A stretch of DNA of 64,000 bases from an uncultured Bacillaceae bacterium (GCA_964538675.1 CAZIGM010000002.1:2870-66869); one strand, 5' to 3'; shown: positions 9,553 through 19,588, counted from the first letter of the stretch. Numbers and translations: made by a program. The notes: generated by a model not told the origin, from the sequence alone.

Positions 9553-10092
9553 TTACAAGTCAATGCCTTTAACTGCGGTAATTCCTTTATTATAATAATG
9601 TTTAATAGGATTTATTTCTGATACAAGATCGGCAATATCTATCAATTCCTGTTTGGCTCCTCTTCCTGTAATAACAAGATGAAGGTTATCGGGCTTTGTT
9701 TCTATCAATTCTATAACTTCAGACAAAGGCAATATATCGTCTATTGCAAAATTATTAATAGCTAAAGCACAATTTAATTCATCTAATACTATTAAATCAT
9801 ATTGACCTGACATAACCTTTTCTTTTGCAAACTTCCATGCATTTTTTAAAACTTCACGCTGTTTTTCTATTGTTTTTGTCCATGTAAAGCCAATTCCCAA
9901 CTGCTCTATTTCAACCCCTAATTTTTCTAATGCTTCTTGCTCACCAGAAAAGCCTTCCTTTGCCTTGATAAATTGAAAAAAACCTACTTTCATATTATTA
10001 CCTGCTGCTCTAACGGCCAAACCAATAGCTGATGATGTTTTACCTTTCCCATCTCCAGTATAAATAAGAGTAAGTCCTTTTTTAGTCTTCAT
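9553..10092 (-). CDS. cobO: cob(I)yrinic acid a,c-diamide / corrinoid adenosyltransferase (CobA/CobO/BtuR type)
   Basis: 179 aa with P-loop GDGKGKTSSAIG and LDELNCAL. Confidence 0.85.
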   Translation of the reverse strand: MKTKKGLTLIYTGDGKGKTSSAIGLAVRAAGNNMKVGFFQFIKAKEGFSGEQEALEKLGVEIEQLGIGFTWTKTIEKQREVLKNAWKFAKEKVMSGQYDLIVLDELNCALAINNFAIDDILPLSEVIELIETKPDNLHLVITGRGAKQELIDIADLVSEINPIKHYYNKGITAVKGIDL

Positions 10093-10108
10093 AAATATAT
10101 CCTCCAGT

Positions 10109-11668
10109 TCACTGCTGATTTAACTCATTTAATAATTCCTCAGCCTCTATAAAACTTGGATCAACCTTCAAAGCCATACTTAGAAGATTCATTGCTTGGT
10201 CATAATCTTCATTAAAAATATAGATCAAAGCAAGATTGTAATAAGCCTCTGGAAAATTCGGTTCGCGTTCTAGTGTTATCTCATATTGTTCAATGGCTTG
10301 GTCATAATCGCCTTCTGTTAATAATGTATTAGCATAATAAAAATTAAACATATACTGTTCTGGATATTCATCTACAAGAAAACTGAAAATTTCATGAGCC
10401 GTCTGTGTATTACCTTCTTCTAGTGCTTGTTGCCCTTTAATATAAATAGCTCCGCTTCCTTTAAGATCTTCAGAAATAACACCTAACCAAGTCATTCCAA
10501 CTATAGCTATAAGGACAACTATTGAAATAATACTGATTAGCCATTTTCTTTTCTTATCAGAAGGAAGGTGAATAATTGCTGCTATTATAAAACCACCAAA
10601 TAATCCTCCTATATGTGCATAAATATCTATACTAGATACTGTAAATCCAAACACTATGTTAATAGCAAGAATTGTAATTATATCTTTTCCAATCGTCTTA
10701 AAAAATAAGTCAGGATAAATATATCCAAAATAAAGCAGTGCCCCAAACAATCCAAATATTGCTCCTGATGCACCCGCTGCTACACTACTTGGCGCAAAGA
10801 GAAAGCTTATCAAATTTCCAATAATACCTGCTAACAGGTAGATGGCAATGAATCGAACAGAGCCATATATTTTTTCTGTTAATTTTCCTAAAAAATATAA
10901 TGCCAAATTATTAAAAGCAAAATGAACAAACCCAATATGTAAAAAAATCGGGGTGACAAAACGCCAATATTCACCATTCATTATTAAATATGATTCTTTA
11001 GCACCAAATCTTAATAACACTTCAGTATCGGTGCTCCCTCCACTAAAGGTCATTAATAAAAATATTATTGCGTTTATAATTATTAATGTATAAGTCAAAA
11101 TTGGTTTACCAAAATTAAAAATATTTATAATATTATTATAGCGATTTTCTTGTACATCACTTATTTCTTCAATCATTTTCTCAGCTTCATTTGGACTTTC
11201 TTCATGTATGTACTTAACAAATGGATCAACCTTTAATTTATCTTCGTCAAAGATATCATCAGGTATTCCAATCTTTCCACTCTCTAAATCAATATAACCA
11301 GAAAATATTTCTATTCCCTTATCTGTATTTCTTGAACTTTGTGAAATTATCTCATGAACTTCATTTGAAGGAGTAGAATTAAAAATATATAGATTAATAA
11401 ATCGTAAATGCTTTCCTTTTAATTGTTTAAGTATTTCTTTTGCTTTACTCTTTACTTGTAATAGATCGTTATTGATATGGTTAGGCCATACATAATCGAT
11501 TGGAATTAATCGTATATATATGTGTTCACCCTTTGAATTTTTAATTAAATTAATTGTTAGACCTTCACGGTTATCAATAGATGATTTCTCTCTTAAATTG
11601 AGCAAAGAAAATTCGTAATCTTTTACCAAATTATTTGCTACTGTCCATATATAATCTTTTAATAACAT
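10109..11668 (-). CDS. gluP: rhomboid intramembrane serine protease with C-terminal TPR repeats (GluP/YqgP-like)
   Basis: Catalytic Ser motif GASGAIFGL and His motif HIGGLFGG in a multi-TM core. TPR-like C-terminus (YYNLALIY...). Confidence 0.85.
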   Translation of the reverse strand: MLLKDYIWTVANNLVKDYEFSLLNLREKSSIDNREGLTINLIKNSKGEHIYIRLIPIDYVWPNHINNDLLQVKSKAKEILKQLKGKHLRFINLYIFNSTPSNEVHEIISQSSRNTDKGIEIFSGYIDLESGKIGIPDDIFDEDKLKVDPFVKYIHEESPNEAEKMIEEISDVQENRYNNIINIFNFGKPILTYTLIIINAIIFLLMTFSGGSTDTEVLLRFGAKESYLIMNGEYWRFVTPIFLHIGFVHFAFNNLALYFLGKLTEKIYGSVRFIAIYLLAGIIGNLISFLFAPSSVAAGASGAIFGLFGALLYFGYIYPDLFFKTIGKDIITILAINIVFGFTVSSIDIYAHIGGLFGGFIIAAIIHLPSDKKRKWLISIISIVVLIAIVGMTWLGVISEDLKGSGAIYIKGQQALEEGNTQTAHEIFSFLVDEYPEQYMFNFYYANTLLTEGDYDQAIEQYEITLEREPNFPEAYYNLALIYIFNEDYDQAMNLLSMALKVDPSFIEAEELLNELNQQ

Positions 11669-11764
11669 TATTATCTGATATCCTCCTAATCTAACTAATT
11701 ATTACTCTATTCTAACAGAAATAATTATATCTTCAAAATGTATTTTTTGAATAAGGCTAAACAT

Positions 11765-11789
11765 AAAAAAAAGCCCTTATATTAGGGCT
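11765..11789 (-). terminator. intrinsic terminator after the 11809-12456 gene
   Basis: Minus strand reads AGCCCTAATATAAGGGCT followed by TTTTTTT. Confidence 0.7.
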
Positions 11790-11808
11790 GCAACTTGTGA
11801 TTTTGAGG

Positions 11809-12456
11809 TTATTTTTTATTAAAATACATTTTCAGAATTAGCCATAATGCCAATAAAAAAGCGGCAATTATGCCAATCCATATTATGATTGATTTTGATG
11901 AGGACGGCTCAGGTTCGTCTACAAATTCATTATCCTCAGGTGGTTGAGGTATCTTTAAAGAGCTTTTATTAGTTTCTAAATAAAGCGGAATATCTTTGCT
12001 AATCCCTTTTGATAATTCAATTAAACCTTGTTCAATACTCTTTTTTTCTTTAACAATAGGAACAAAATACTTGTCAATCTCATTATTAAAAAACTCTACA
12101 TTTAAATCTTTTTTTTGTAATGCTTCACCTGTAGTTATGTATATTTTCTTTTCATCAGTAATAACTAGTATAAAAATAGTGTCCTGTGAAAAATTCCTGA
12201 AATTAAATAAAGATTCTGCCATTTCTTTAATATCTGTATTACTATTTATACTTGGAAGTATTAAATACCTATAAACCTCGGGTAATTGTTTAGCTGTTAT
12301 TTCAATATTTTGTATCTCTTCATCTGTAAAATACTTATATGAATCTTCAACAATTGGATACTTGTCATCTGAATTTGCCTCGACGACAATACTAGTACTT
12401 GTAAAGATACATAATAATAAAGAAAATACAATTAAACAAGCCATAACCCTTTTCAT
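11809..12456 (-). CDS. secreted/membrane-anchored protein, possibly TPM-domain
   Basis: 215 aa with an N-terminal signal peptide, a C-terminal TM helix and an acidic/Pro linker. The TPM assignment is only a resemblance. Confidence 0.4.
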   Translation of the reverse strand: MKRVMACLIVFSLLLCIFTSTSIVVEANSDDKYPIVEDSYKYFTDEEIQNIEITAKQLPEVYRYLILPSINSNTDIKEMAESLFNFRNFSQDTIFILVITDEKKIYITTGEALQKKDLNVEFFNNEIDKYFVPIVKEKKSIEQGLIELSKGISKDIPLYLETNKSSLKIPQPPEDNEFVDEPEPSSSKSIIIWIGIIAAFLLALWLILKMYFNKK

Positions 12457-12631
12457 TTATTCCAAGTCCCTTCAAATCACTTTATTGTGAAAAAATATAA
12501 CTAGGTAATAAACACTATTCATATATAACAAACTTTAAAATTAGTATAACATAGAACACTAGAAAATTCTTTAAACTATTTAAAAATGTAATAAAAAATA
12601 TACATATATGCATTCATACATCAAAATATAC

Positions 12632-12705
12632 AAAAATAAGCCTACATTTAGGCTGTTTATCATCATTATAATAAGCTTACTGCAAAGTAAGCTTATTATA
12701 ATGAT
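12632..12705 (-). terminator. double hairpin terminator region after the SleB-like gene
   Basis: A perfect 20-bp inverted repeat (12662-12681 / 12686-12705) is followed on the minus strand by AGCCTAAATGTAGGCT and a T-rich tract. Confidence 0.6.
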
Positions 12706-12715
12706 AACACATCTA

Positions 12716-13690
12716 TTATTTATAGAAACAATGATTCCCTATTTGAATGATTGGTTCCTTATTATTAAAATAAGTGCTAACTGAAATACTTGGATTATTA
12801 AAGAATAATGCCCCATTAGTAGGATCCACCCCAAGTAAAGCATCCTCAGCAGCTCTAAAGGAATCATTATCTGGATTTACATTGTATATCAATCCTGTTG
12901 TTACAGGTACAAATTGTGATTTTTGAAAAATAACATCATAGATTGTATTAGGAAAATACTTATCTTCAATTCTATTAAGTACTACTGCACCAACAGCAAC
13001 TAGTCCATCATATGGCTCGTCTCTTGCCTCTGTATAGATAATTTTAGCTAACCATTGAAGTTCTTCATCAGTATAACTGACTACAGCATTTGTTTTTAAA
13101 TCATCTAATGCCTTATATTGGATAGGTTCTAAATATAACTTGTCTCCAATCTGCAACATATCGCTACTTAAAGAATTCCACTCCATAATATAATCAATAC
13201 CTATACCAGTTTTCTGGCTAATTATATTTAAAGTATCACCCTCTTGAACTATATACGATGGTATTTCACTAATAAATACAGTCGATGTTTCTGATTCCCA
13301 TAATACTTTATGTCCATAGATTTCTGCAACAAATCTCACCGGCGCATAAGTGCGTCCATCAATAATTATTGCCCTTGAATCCATATATAATGTTTTATCA
13401 TTAAAGTATACTTTTTTACTATTTATATAAAATTTAGTTGTATCTATCCCATCAGTAATTATTGCCTCTCTTGCTTTACCATTCCAACTAACATAATATC
13501 CAAGCAATTCAGTAAAGGCTCTAACAGGAATATAAGTCCTACCATCAATTATTACTGCTTCCCCACTTTGGGCGAAATCTTGTCCATTAACTTTAATATT
13601 AATTGAAGATGCTCTTCCATCTATTGAAAATGATGATATCAAAAAAACAAATACTATAATCACAGTAAGGCATTTAATATATTTCTTCAT
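12716..13690 (-). CDS. spore cortex-lytic / cell wall hydrolase (SleB-CwlJ type) with two stalk domains and LysM
   Basis: Two copper-amine-oxidase-N-like repeats (DGRTY.PVR). LysM is YIVQEGDTLNIISQKTGI...GDKLYL. The C-terminal Hydrolase_2-like block is IIYTEARDEPYDGLVAVGAVVLNR. GAGGAG precedes ATG 13690. Confidence 0.8.
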   Translation of the reverse strand: MKKYIKCLTVIIVFVFLISSFSIDGRASSINIKVNGQDFAQSGEAVIIDGRTYIPVRAFTELLGYYVSWNGKAREAIITDGIDTTKFYINSKKVYFNDKTLYMDSRAIIIDGRTYAPVRFVAEIYGHKVLWESETSTVFISEIPSYIVQEGDTLNIISQKTGIGIDYIMEWNSLSSDMLQIGDKLYLEPIQYKALDDLKTNAVVSYTDEELQWLAKIIYTEARDEPYDGLVAVGAVVLNRIEDKYFPNTIYDVIFQKSQFVPVTTGLIYNVNPDNDSFRAAEDALLGVDPTNGALFFNNPSISVSTYFNNKEPIIQIGNHCFYK

Positions 13691-13802
13691 AGTCTCTCCT
13701 CTCAAAGCTTAATCTTTGAATGATGTTTAATTTATTCTAACATAGAAAAAGCTTATCTGAGAAGGTAATTTTTAGAACTAAAGTGAACAACTCCATCTGA
13801 TT

Positions 13803-13827
13803 AAAATAACCCACCTATAGAGGTGGG
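13803..13827 (-). terminator. intrinsic terminator
   Basis: Minus strand reads CCCACCTCTATAGGTGGG followed by TTATTTT. Confidence 0.6.
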
Positions 13828-13858
13828 CGTCTTAATCTAATTATAAAGCCGAACTTGA

Positions 13859-14968
13859 TTAATTTTGAAGTATCTTATTTGTAATCTTTGAATAACTAAT
13901 GATTTGATTTATTAATTCACTCTTTCTATTATTAATTGCTTCAAAATCCATAGCTTTAATATAATGTGCTTTTAGTTTATCATTAGCTTTTTTTGCCTCT
14001 TTTAAATAGTTTGTAGCTATTGTCATTTTAATTCGATATCTTGTTTCAATACTATTTAATTCTTTCTCATTTTCAATCTCCACTTTAGGATTAATACATA
14101 GAGCAAACATATCAATTATTTCATCATTTGCTCTACTCGGATTAATCACATGTGGTGCAGTACCATCAACAACTGCTATACTTAGTGAAGGAATTAGTAC
14201 CATATCAATACTATTAGGATCAAAACCACAAGGATAATATTCTACTGAAAGTCCCAATTTCTCTGCATGTTTACCGATTTTTTTCATCATAGTAGATTTA
14301 CCTGTTCCCGGTCTTCCTTTAATAATATATCTTTTTTTAATATTCTCCGTAATATTCTCAATATAATGAACATATCCTTCTGATGTAGCAGACCCGAAGA
14401 ATATATTTTTGCTAACTGGCTTGTGTTCTCTTTTTACTTCTTTACAAAAAATATCTTTTATAAATTCTTCAGTAATTTGATTAGCTTTATTAAAATTCAT
14501 TGAAGACAAATATATTTGCTCCCATTCATCATGAATGAGCTTTGCATCTGCAAATTGTTCATATGCTTGATTAGTTTTATCTTTAATATCATTTGTAAGC
14601 TTTACTATATGTAGGCGATTTTTTCTTATTATATTAGTATCCCAATATTCACCTAAATTAATTATCTCCTCAACAATTCCAGGATATTTTGGGGTTAACA
14701 GATGTGGCGTTGTTCCATCAATCACACCTAGTTTTATTGTCGGAATTATTACTCCATTTAAAGAATTTTTGTCTAATGAGCAATGGTAATAATCAACGTC
14801 GAATCCTTCGTTACTCATTAGTTCACCTATGTCTTTCATAATTGTTGATTTACCTGTTCCTGGCCCACCAATTAATATATATAGTCGTTCCAAACCCTTA
14901 ACTGCATCTTCAAACAGAGAATAAAACCCTAATGAGGTGTTTCCCTCTGCAAAGTAATTCTTAATCAT
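13859..14968 (-). CDS. uncharacterised ATPase with two P-loop modules
   Basis: 369 aa with duplicated Walker A motifs GGPGTGKST and GRPGTGKST, each followed by a similar VIDGT.PH block. Confidence 0.6.
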   Translation of the reverse strand: MIKNYFAEGNTSLGFYSLFEDAVKGLERLYILIGGPGTGKSTIMKDIGELMSNEGFDVDYYHCSLDKNSLNGVIIPTIKLGVIDGTTPHLLTPKYPGIVEEIINLGEYWDTNIIRKNRLHIVKLTNDIKDKTNQAYEQFADAKLIHDEWEQIYLSSMNFNKANQITEEFIKDIFCKEVKREHKPVSKNIFFGSATSEGYVHYIENITENIKKRYIIKGRPGTGKSTMMKKIGKHAEKLGLSVEYYPCGFDPNSIDMVLIPSLSIAVVDGTAPHVINPSRANDEIIDMFALCINPKVEIENEKELNSIETRYRIKMTIATNYLKEAKKANDKLKAHYIKAMDFEAINNRKSELINQIISYSKITNKILQN

Positions 14969-15061
14969 AATTTTTCCCCCTAGTTTAGCATTTAGTAATA
15001 TTGAAAAATAAACCCAATCATATTCTATGCATAGCCTATAAAAAAATTGTTACTTTCTTTG

Positions 15062-16417
15062 CTAGTCTGCTAGTCTTTTTTTTAAATTTAAGCTTAACTC
15101 TTCATATCCTTGCTTTCCTAATAGAGCAAACATATTTTTTTTGTATGCTTCAACTCCTTGTTGATCAAAAGGATTTACTCCCAATAAATAACCACTAATA
15201 GCACAGGCTTTTTCAAAGAAATATATCATCTTGCCTAAATAATATTCATTTAATCTTGGGATATTTATAACTATATTAGGAACACCTCCATCAACATGGG
15301 CAATTAATGTACCCTTATACGCCATTTCACTAATACCATTCATTGTTTTTTCAGATAAAAAATTCAGACCATCTAAATTATCAATATCCTCATTAATCTC
15401 CATATCTTTTCTTGGATATTTAATATTAAGAATTGTTTCAAATAAATCCTTTCGACCATCTTGCAAGTATTGACCAAGAGAATGAAGATCAGTAGTGAAT
15501 TTTAATGATGTTGGAAATATACCCTTACAATCCTTGCCTTCGCTTTCTCCAAATAACTGCTTCCACCATTCAGTAAAATAATGCATAGCTGGTTCATAAT
15601 TTGCTAATACCTCAATGCTTTTACCTTTCTTATATAAAATGTTTCTAATTGCCGCATATTGATAACATGGATTGTCTTCAATCACTTCAACACTATATGC
15701 TAATGATCCAGCTTGTGCACCTTCAAGTAACCTGTCTATATTTATTCCTGCAACAGCTATTGGTAACATACCTACAGGTGTCAAAACAGAATATCTTCCT
15801 CCCACATCATTTGGAATAACAAAAGTTTCATAACCTTCCTTTTCAGCTAATAATCTTAGAGCACCGGTGGATTTATCAGTCGTCACGACTATTCTATTCG
15901 TTGCTTCACTTTTACCATACTTGTTTTCCATATATTCCTTTAATACCCTAAATGCAATCGCCGGTTCAATTGTCGTACCTGATTTCGAGATAACATTTAT
16001 ACTAATGTCTTTATCTTTAATAACTTCCATTAATTCATTTAAATATGTTCCATTCAGATTATTTCCCGCAAAATATATCTGTGGAGAGTTCCTTTGTTCA
16101 TCTGACAAATTATTATAGAAAGAATGATTTAGAGCTTCAATAACAGCCCTTGCTCCAATATATGAACCACCAATCCCAATAGTTATAAAAGCTTGAGAAT
16201 TGCTTCTAACCCTATTGGCTACCTCTTTTAATCTTAAAAATTCTTCTTTATCATAATTAATTGGATAATCTAGCCATCCTAAATATTCCTTTCCCTGACC
16301 TGTCTTATCGTGAATCATATAATGGGCATCTATTATATATTTTTTTATGAACTCAATTTCATGCTCCTTTACAAAAGCATTAGTATAATCTAAGTTAATG
16401 TTATCCATCGTTGCCAC
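15062..16417 (-). CDS. pgi: glucose-6-phosphate isomerase
   Basis: 451 aa with typical PGI blocks ([24 protein letters not shown]). Confidence 0.9.
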   Translation of the reverse strand: MATMDNINLDYTNAFVKEHEIEFIKKYIIDAHYMIHDKTGQGKEYLGWLDYPINYDKEEFLRLKEVANRVRSNSQAFITIGIGGSYIGARAVIEALNHSFYNNLSDEQRNSPQIYFAGNNLNGTYLNELMEVIKDKDISINVISKSGTTIEPAIAFRVLKEYMENKYGKSEATNRIVVTTDKSTGALRLLAEKEGYETFVIPNDVGGRYSVLTPVGMLPIAVAGINIDRLLEGAQAGSLAYSVEVIEDNPCYQYAAIRNILYKKGKSIEVLANYEPAMHYFTEWWKQLFGESEGKDCKGIFPTSLKFTTDLHSLGQYLQDGRKDLFETILNIKYPRKDMEINEDIDNLDGLNFLSEKTMNGISEMAYKGTLIAHVDGGVPNIVINIPRLNEYYLGKMIYFFEKACAISGYLLGVNPFDQQGVEAYKKNMFALLGKQGYEELSLNLKKRLAD

Positions 16418-16436
16418 CCCGATATCTTTTTATTAT

Positions 16437-16571
16437 AAAGCCGAACTTTATTCAGATGGAGTTTTTAAATTCATTTTCCCCCACTTAAACATAGCGAAAC
16501 TTGGGAACTCTGTTCCCTTAGTGAGACTTGCGCACTTTGTGTGGAAGTGGGAGTCTTATCATATCTGGATT
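16437..16571 (+). repeat. dispersed modular intergenic repeat, copy 2
   Basis: Has the same left end (AAAGCCGAACTTTATTCAGATGGAGTTT) and right end (GGGAGTCTTATCATATCTGGAT) as copy 1. Confidence 0.85.
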
Positions 16572-16584
16572 AAAACTATCTTAA

Positions 16585-17541
16585 CTAACTAGATAATTTA
16601 GACTTACAAAATATTGCTGCTCCAATAATCCCCGCTTCATTTCCTAACTTTGCAAAGACGATATCTCCTGCTGATATGGTTTTAATAAGTTTATTTTCCT
16701 TTACTTCAGTTTTTATTTTATCTAGTAAAAAGGGACCAGATTTAGAGAGACCGCCTCCAATTACAAAAATTTCTGGGTCAATAATATTTATTAAATTGAC
16801 AATACCAACACCTAGATACTTAACTAATCGATCTATTGATTTATTCGCAACGGTGTCACCTTTTAAAGCAGCTTCAAAGATTATCTGTCCATTTAAATTG
16901 TTAATATTTCCATTAATCATCTCGTTAACTAACGAAGTGTTTTTTTCTTGAAGAAGTTTTTTTGTATATTCTTTAAGTGCAGTTGCTGAAGCAAAGGTTT
17001 CAAAACAACCATTTTTACCACAATTACAATCATAAAAATTATTCCCTATTACCATATGTCCAATCTCTGAAGCTAATCCATGAAACCCATTATATATATT
17101 TCCGTCAATTATTATCCCTCCACCTATTCCAGTTCCTAATGTAAGCATTATTCCGCTATATGTATCTTTCATTGCTCCTACTTGATATTCAGCTAAAGCT
17201 GCCAAAGAAGCATCGTTATCTATAAATACTGGAATATTAATTTCTCTCTCCAAAATATCTCTTAAAGGAATGTCGTACCAATCTAAATTAACACATTGAA
17301 TAATATTTCCAGTTTTCTTATTAATAAACCCTGGAATTCCAATACCTACAGCTTTTACTTCTTTATTGTCTTTTACATATACTTCTATTGAGTTCGTTAT
17401 TAATTCAGCAATCTCTTTAATTATTTGAATAGGTTTTTTCTCTTTTTTTGTTGAAATTAATTTGCGGTATAAAATATTTGCATTCTCATCTACTATTCCT
17501 AAAGCAATTTTTGTGCCTCCTATATCTACACCTATATACAT
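16585..17541 (-). CDS. glcK: ROK-family glucokinase
   Basis: N-terminal IGVDIGGTK, a ROK Cys cluster (CNCGKNGCFE) and GGG motifs. Start MYIGV at 17541 follows GGAGGG. Confidence 0.85.
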   Translation of the reverse strand: MYIGVDIGGTKIALGIVDENANILYRKLISTKKEKKPIQIIKEIAELITNSIEVYVKDNKEVKAVGIGIPGFINKKTGNIIQCVNLDWYDIPLRDILEREINIPVFIDNDASLAALAEYQVGAMKDTYSGIMLTLGTGIGGGIIIDGNIYNGFHGLASEIGHMVIGNNFYDCNCGKNGCFETFASATALKEYTKKLLQEKNTSLVNEMINGNINNLNGQIIFEAALKGDTVANKSIDRLVKYLGVGIVNLINIIDPEIFVIGGGLSKSGPFLLDKIKTEVKENKLIKTISAGDIVFAKLGNEAGIIGAAIFCKSKLSS

Positions 17542-17655
17542 ATATCCCTCCAAAAACCCTAATATACTAGAAAAAGTCAAGGCTTTTTACCTTGACCCAA
17601 TAAATACTTTTTAATATATTCTTCCATTTATTATTATTCTTAAACATCCTATTTA

Positions 17656-18342
17656 TTATTTATTTGCTTTTTGTATTCGTTTACTTGCTATAGCATTTTC
17701 ATTAGGATAAAAAGCTGTGTCTTTTACATTCTCATACCATAATAAGTGATGTTCTTTCGCATAATTTACGTCTATATTTCCTTTTATTATTGATTTCAAT
17801 GCCCGCCTATAAGGCTCATAAAAATAAAAAATTACGTGTAAGGCAAAAAAGATTACAAATATTATTGTTGATATATTATGAAATAATAAACTTAGTTCAT
17901 TTACTCCAAAAATTAAAATAATTCCAGATATAGCAGATATTAATCCTACTATAATAACTAGAAGAAATGAAAATTTTTGAATAGCATTAAATTTGCCTTG
18001 TGGAACCTTTTTATTAGCTAGTAGTCCTCTAAACCATTTCCAATCTAATTCATTCCATTTAAAAATAAATAACCAGTTTCTTTTATTTTTATTCTTAATT
18101 AGATATAAAATTGGTGGAATAATGAATATTAGCCCACCTAATAGGTGAATCACCTTTTGCGGTGAACCGCTCCAAGATCCTACATAATACATAATAGCAC
18201 CTGTAATTAAAAGAATAATAAAGCCTAAAGTAAAAAACCAGTGTAGTCTTCTATCTGCTATAGTAAATCTTTTTATGAATTTTAAATTCGTCAATCCAAT
18301 TCCCATATAAATAATCTCTCCTACGACATATTTTGTTAGCAC
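17656..18342 (-). CDS. cytochrome b-like membrane protein (Ni/Fe-hydrogenase/formate dehydrogenase gamma-like)
   Basis: 228 aa with four predicted TM helices carrying conserved His positions (RRLHWFF, VIHLLGG, LFHN, ALHV). The family call is tentative. Confidence 0.45.
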   Translation of the reverse strand: MLTKYVVGEIIYMGIGLTNLKFIKRFTIADRRLHWFFTLGFIILLITGAIMYYVGSWSGSPQKVIHLLGGLIFIIPPILYLIKNKNKRNWLFIFKWNELDWKWFRGLLANKKVPQGKFNAIQKFSFLLVIIVGLISAISGIILIFGVNELSLLFHNISTIIFVIFFALHVIFYFYEPYRRALKSIIKGNIDVNYAKEHHLLWYENVKDTAFYPNENAIASKRIQKANK

Positions 18343-18533
18343 TCTTTATTATTATTTTGTCTATTATTTGTGAACAAATTCCTAATAAAATATTAAATAT
18401 ATATGACGTACAAAGAATCTTAATTAATTTTAAAACTAATAGCTTGCAAGAATACTGGTATATCAACATTCTTATAATAGAAAAAATGTGTAGTCCATTT
18501 TATTACATATATGTTTATTTATTGTATATATTA

Positions 18534-18561
18534 TTGAGTTTTCTAGTATTCATGATATAAT
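18534..18561 (+). promoter_or_regulatory. sigma-A-like promoter (TTGAGT-16 nt-TGaTATAAT)
   Basis: Extended -10 with a perfect TATAAT. The same architecture recurs at 19636-19663 and 20220-20247. Confidence 0.45.
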
Positions 18562-18567
18562 TTCATT

Positions 18568-18795
18568 AAAATTAATAGTTCTTTTGAACTATAAATTAAT
18601 AATACAATCATAGATTGTGCAGATGTAAAACAACCCTTTATTAGTGATTTTATACACTAAATACAGTAATGTTGTTATAAATACATCTGGTTTACTATCG
18701 TACTACCAACACTAGTGTATGTATGGGGTTTGCTCTGTACATAGACTTTTTTGTTTTTTTCTAAAATTCAATTTTTTAAAAGAGGGTGAAGATTT
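18568..18795 (+). promoter_or_regulatory. structured ~230-nt leader L1 of the receiver gene (unclassified)
   Basis: Homologous in blocks to leader L2 (20255-20482). Ends in a terminator hairpin at 18715-18760. Confidence 0.5.
18715..18760 (+). terminator. leader L1 intrinsic terminator
   Basis: GTGTATGTA-loop-TACATAGAC followed by TTTTTTGTTTTTTT, upstream of the receiver start codon. Confidence 0.6.
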
Positions 18796-19182
18796 ATGAA
18801 AAACTCCAAGATACTTATTATTGAAGATGAACACTCTATATCCGAAATCCTAACTTATAAATTAAAAAAAGAGAAATTTGAAGTAATGGGTGCGAAAACT
18901 GGACAAGAAGGTTTAATTGTAATACCTTACTTTAAACCAGACCTTATTTTACTAGATATTAAACTTCCTGATATTAGCGGATTTGATATCTGCAAAGAGA
19001 TAAAAGATAACTATCAAACTCCTATAATTATGTTAACAGCTAGAATCAATTTAAAGGATATAAGTTATGGATTAGCCCTTGGAGCAGAAGATTATATTAC
19101 AAAGCCTTTCGACATCAATGATGTTTTAGAAAGAATTAACTTAGTATTAGATAGAAGGAAAAATACTTCATGTTTTAACTAA
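18796..19182 (+). CDS. stand-alone response-regulator receiver domain protein (CheY/Spo0F-like)
   Basis: 128 aa with acidic pocket IIEDE, phospho-acceptor LILLDIKLPD, LTAR and KPF. No output domain. RBS is GAGGGTG. Confidence 0.85.
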   Translation: MKNSKILIIEDEHSISEILTYKLKKEKFEVMGAKTGQEGLIVIPYFKPDLILLDIKLPDISGFDICKEIKDNYQTPIIMLTARINLKDISYGLALGAEDYITKPFDINDVLERINLVLDRRKNTSCFN

Positions 19183-19207
19183 ACTAAATACTTAGAAATT
19201 AATAACT

Positions 19208-19549
19208 ATGAGAAAAAATATTATTTTTCATAAGGAGGTGATTCTTATAAATACATCCTTAACAAAGAAAATAAACCATAGCAAAAATAACTCTCAAAAA
19301 CAGAAGGTTGAGGATATTGAAAAAAATATTTATGAAGAAAAATTGAAAGAAGAATTTTTCAATAATATATCTCATGAAATAAAAACTCCTATTACAATAA
19401 TCTTAGGTTATGCTCAACTATTAAAGGAAGAATACTATAGCTGTAATGGAATTCACTCTATAGCAATAGATTATATAGAATCCGAAAGCAAAAAACTAAA
19501 TTCAATAGTAGATGAAATTATTGAAAAAGCCAGATATAGTAAATATTAA
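19208..19549 (+). CDS. DHp (HisKA) -only mini-protein, paralog 1
   Basis: H-box FFNNISHEIKTPITIILGYAQLLKEE. The ORF stops about 55 aa after the His with no ATP-binding domain. Start is uncertain because AAGGAGG at 19232 is followed by no canonical start codon. Confidence 0.6.
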   Translation: MRKNIIFHKEVILINTSLTKKINHSKNNSQKQKVEDIEKNIYEEKLKEEFFNNISHEIKTPITIILGYAQLLKEEYYSCNGIHSIAIDYIESESKKLNSIVDEIIEKARYSKY

Positions 19550-19554
19550 AAACC

Positions 19555-19588
19555 CAGGTATGCGGTTTTAAAAAACTGCATACCTTTG
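19555..19588 (+). terminator. hairpin terminator after DHp paralog 1
   Basis: AGGTATGC-14 nt loop-GCATACCT followed by TTGT. The T-run is weak. Confidence 0.45.

Noticed and set aside
1920-16592. Assorted short ORFs antisense to backbone genes (for example 1920-2138, 4354-4611, 4472-4711, 5764-5967, 11996-12274, 15867-16118, 16398-16592)
   Set aside because: Each overlaps a longer, motif-supported gene or a repeat element on the opposite strand and lacks translation signals.
18251-18560. ORFs 18251-18469 (minus) and 18333-18560 (plus) in the AT-rich spacer
   Set aside because: They overlap the 5' end of the cytochrome b-like gene and the promoter region. They have no RBS, and their Ile/Leu/Tyr-rich translations are typical of AT-rich non-coding DNA.
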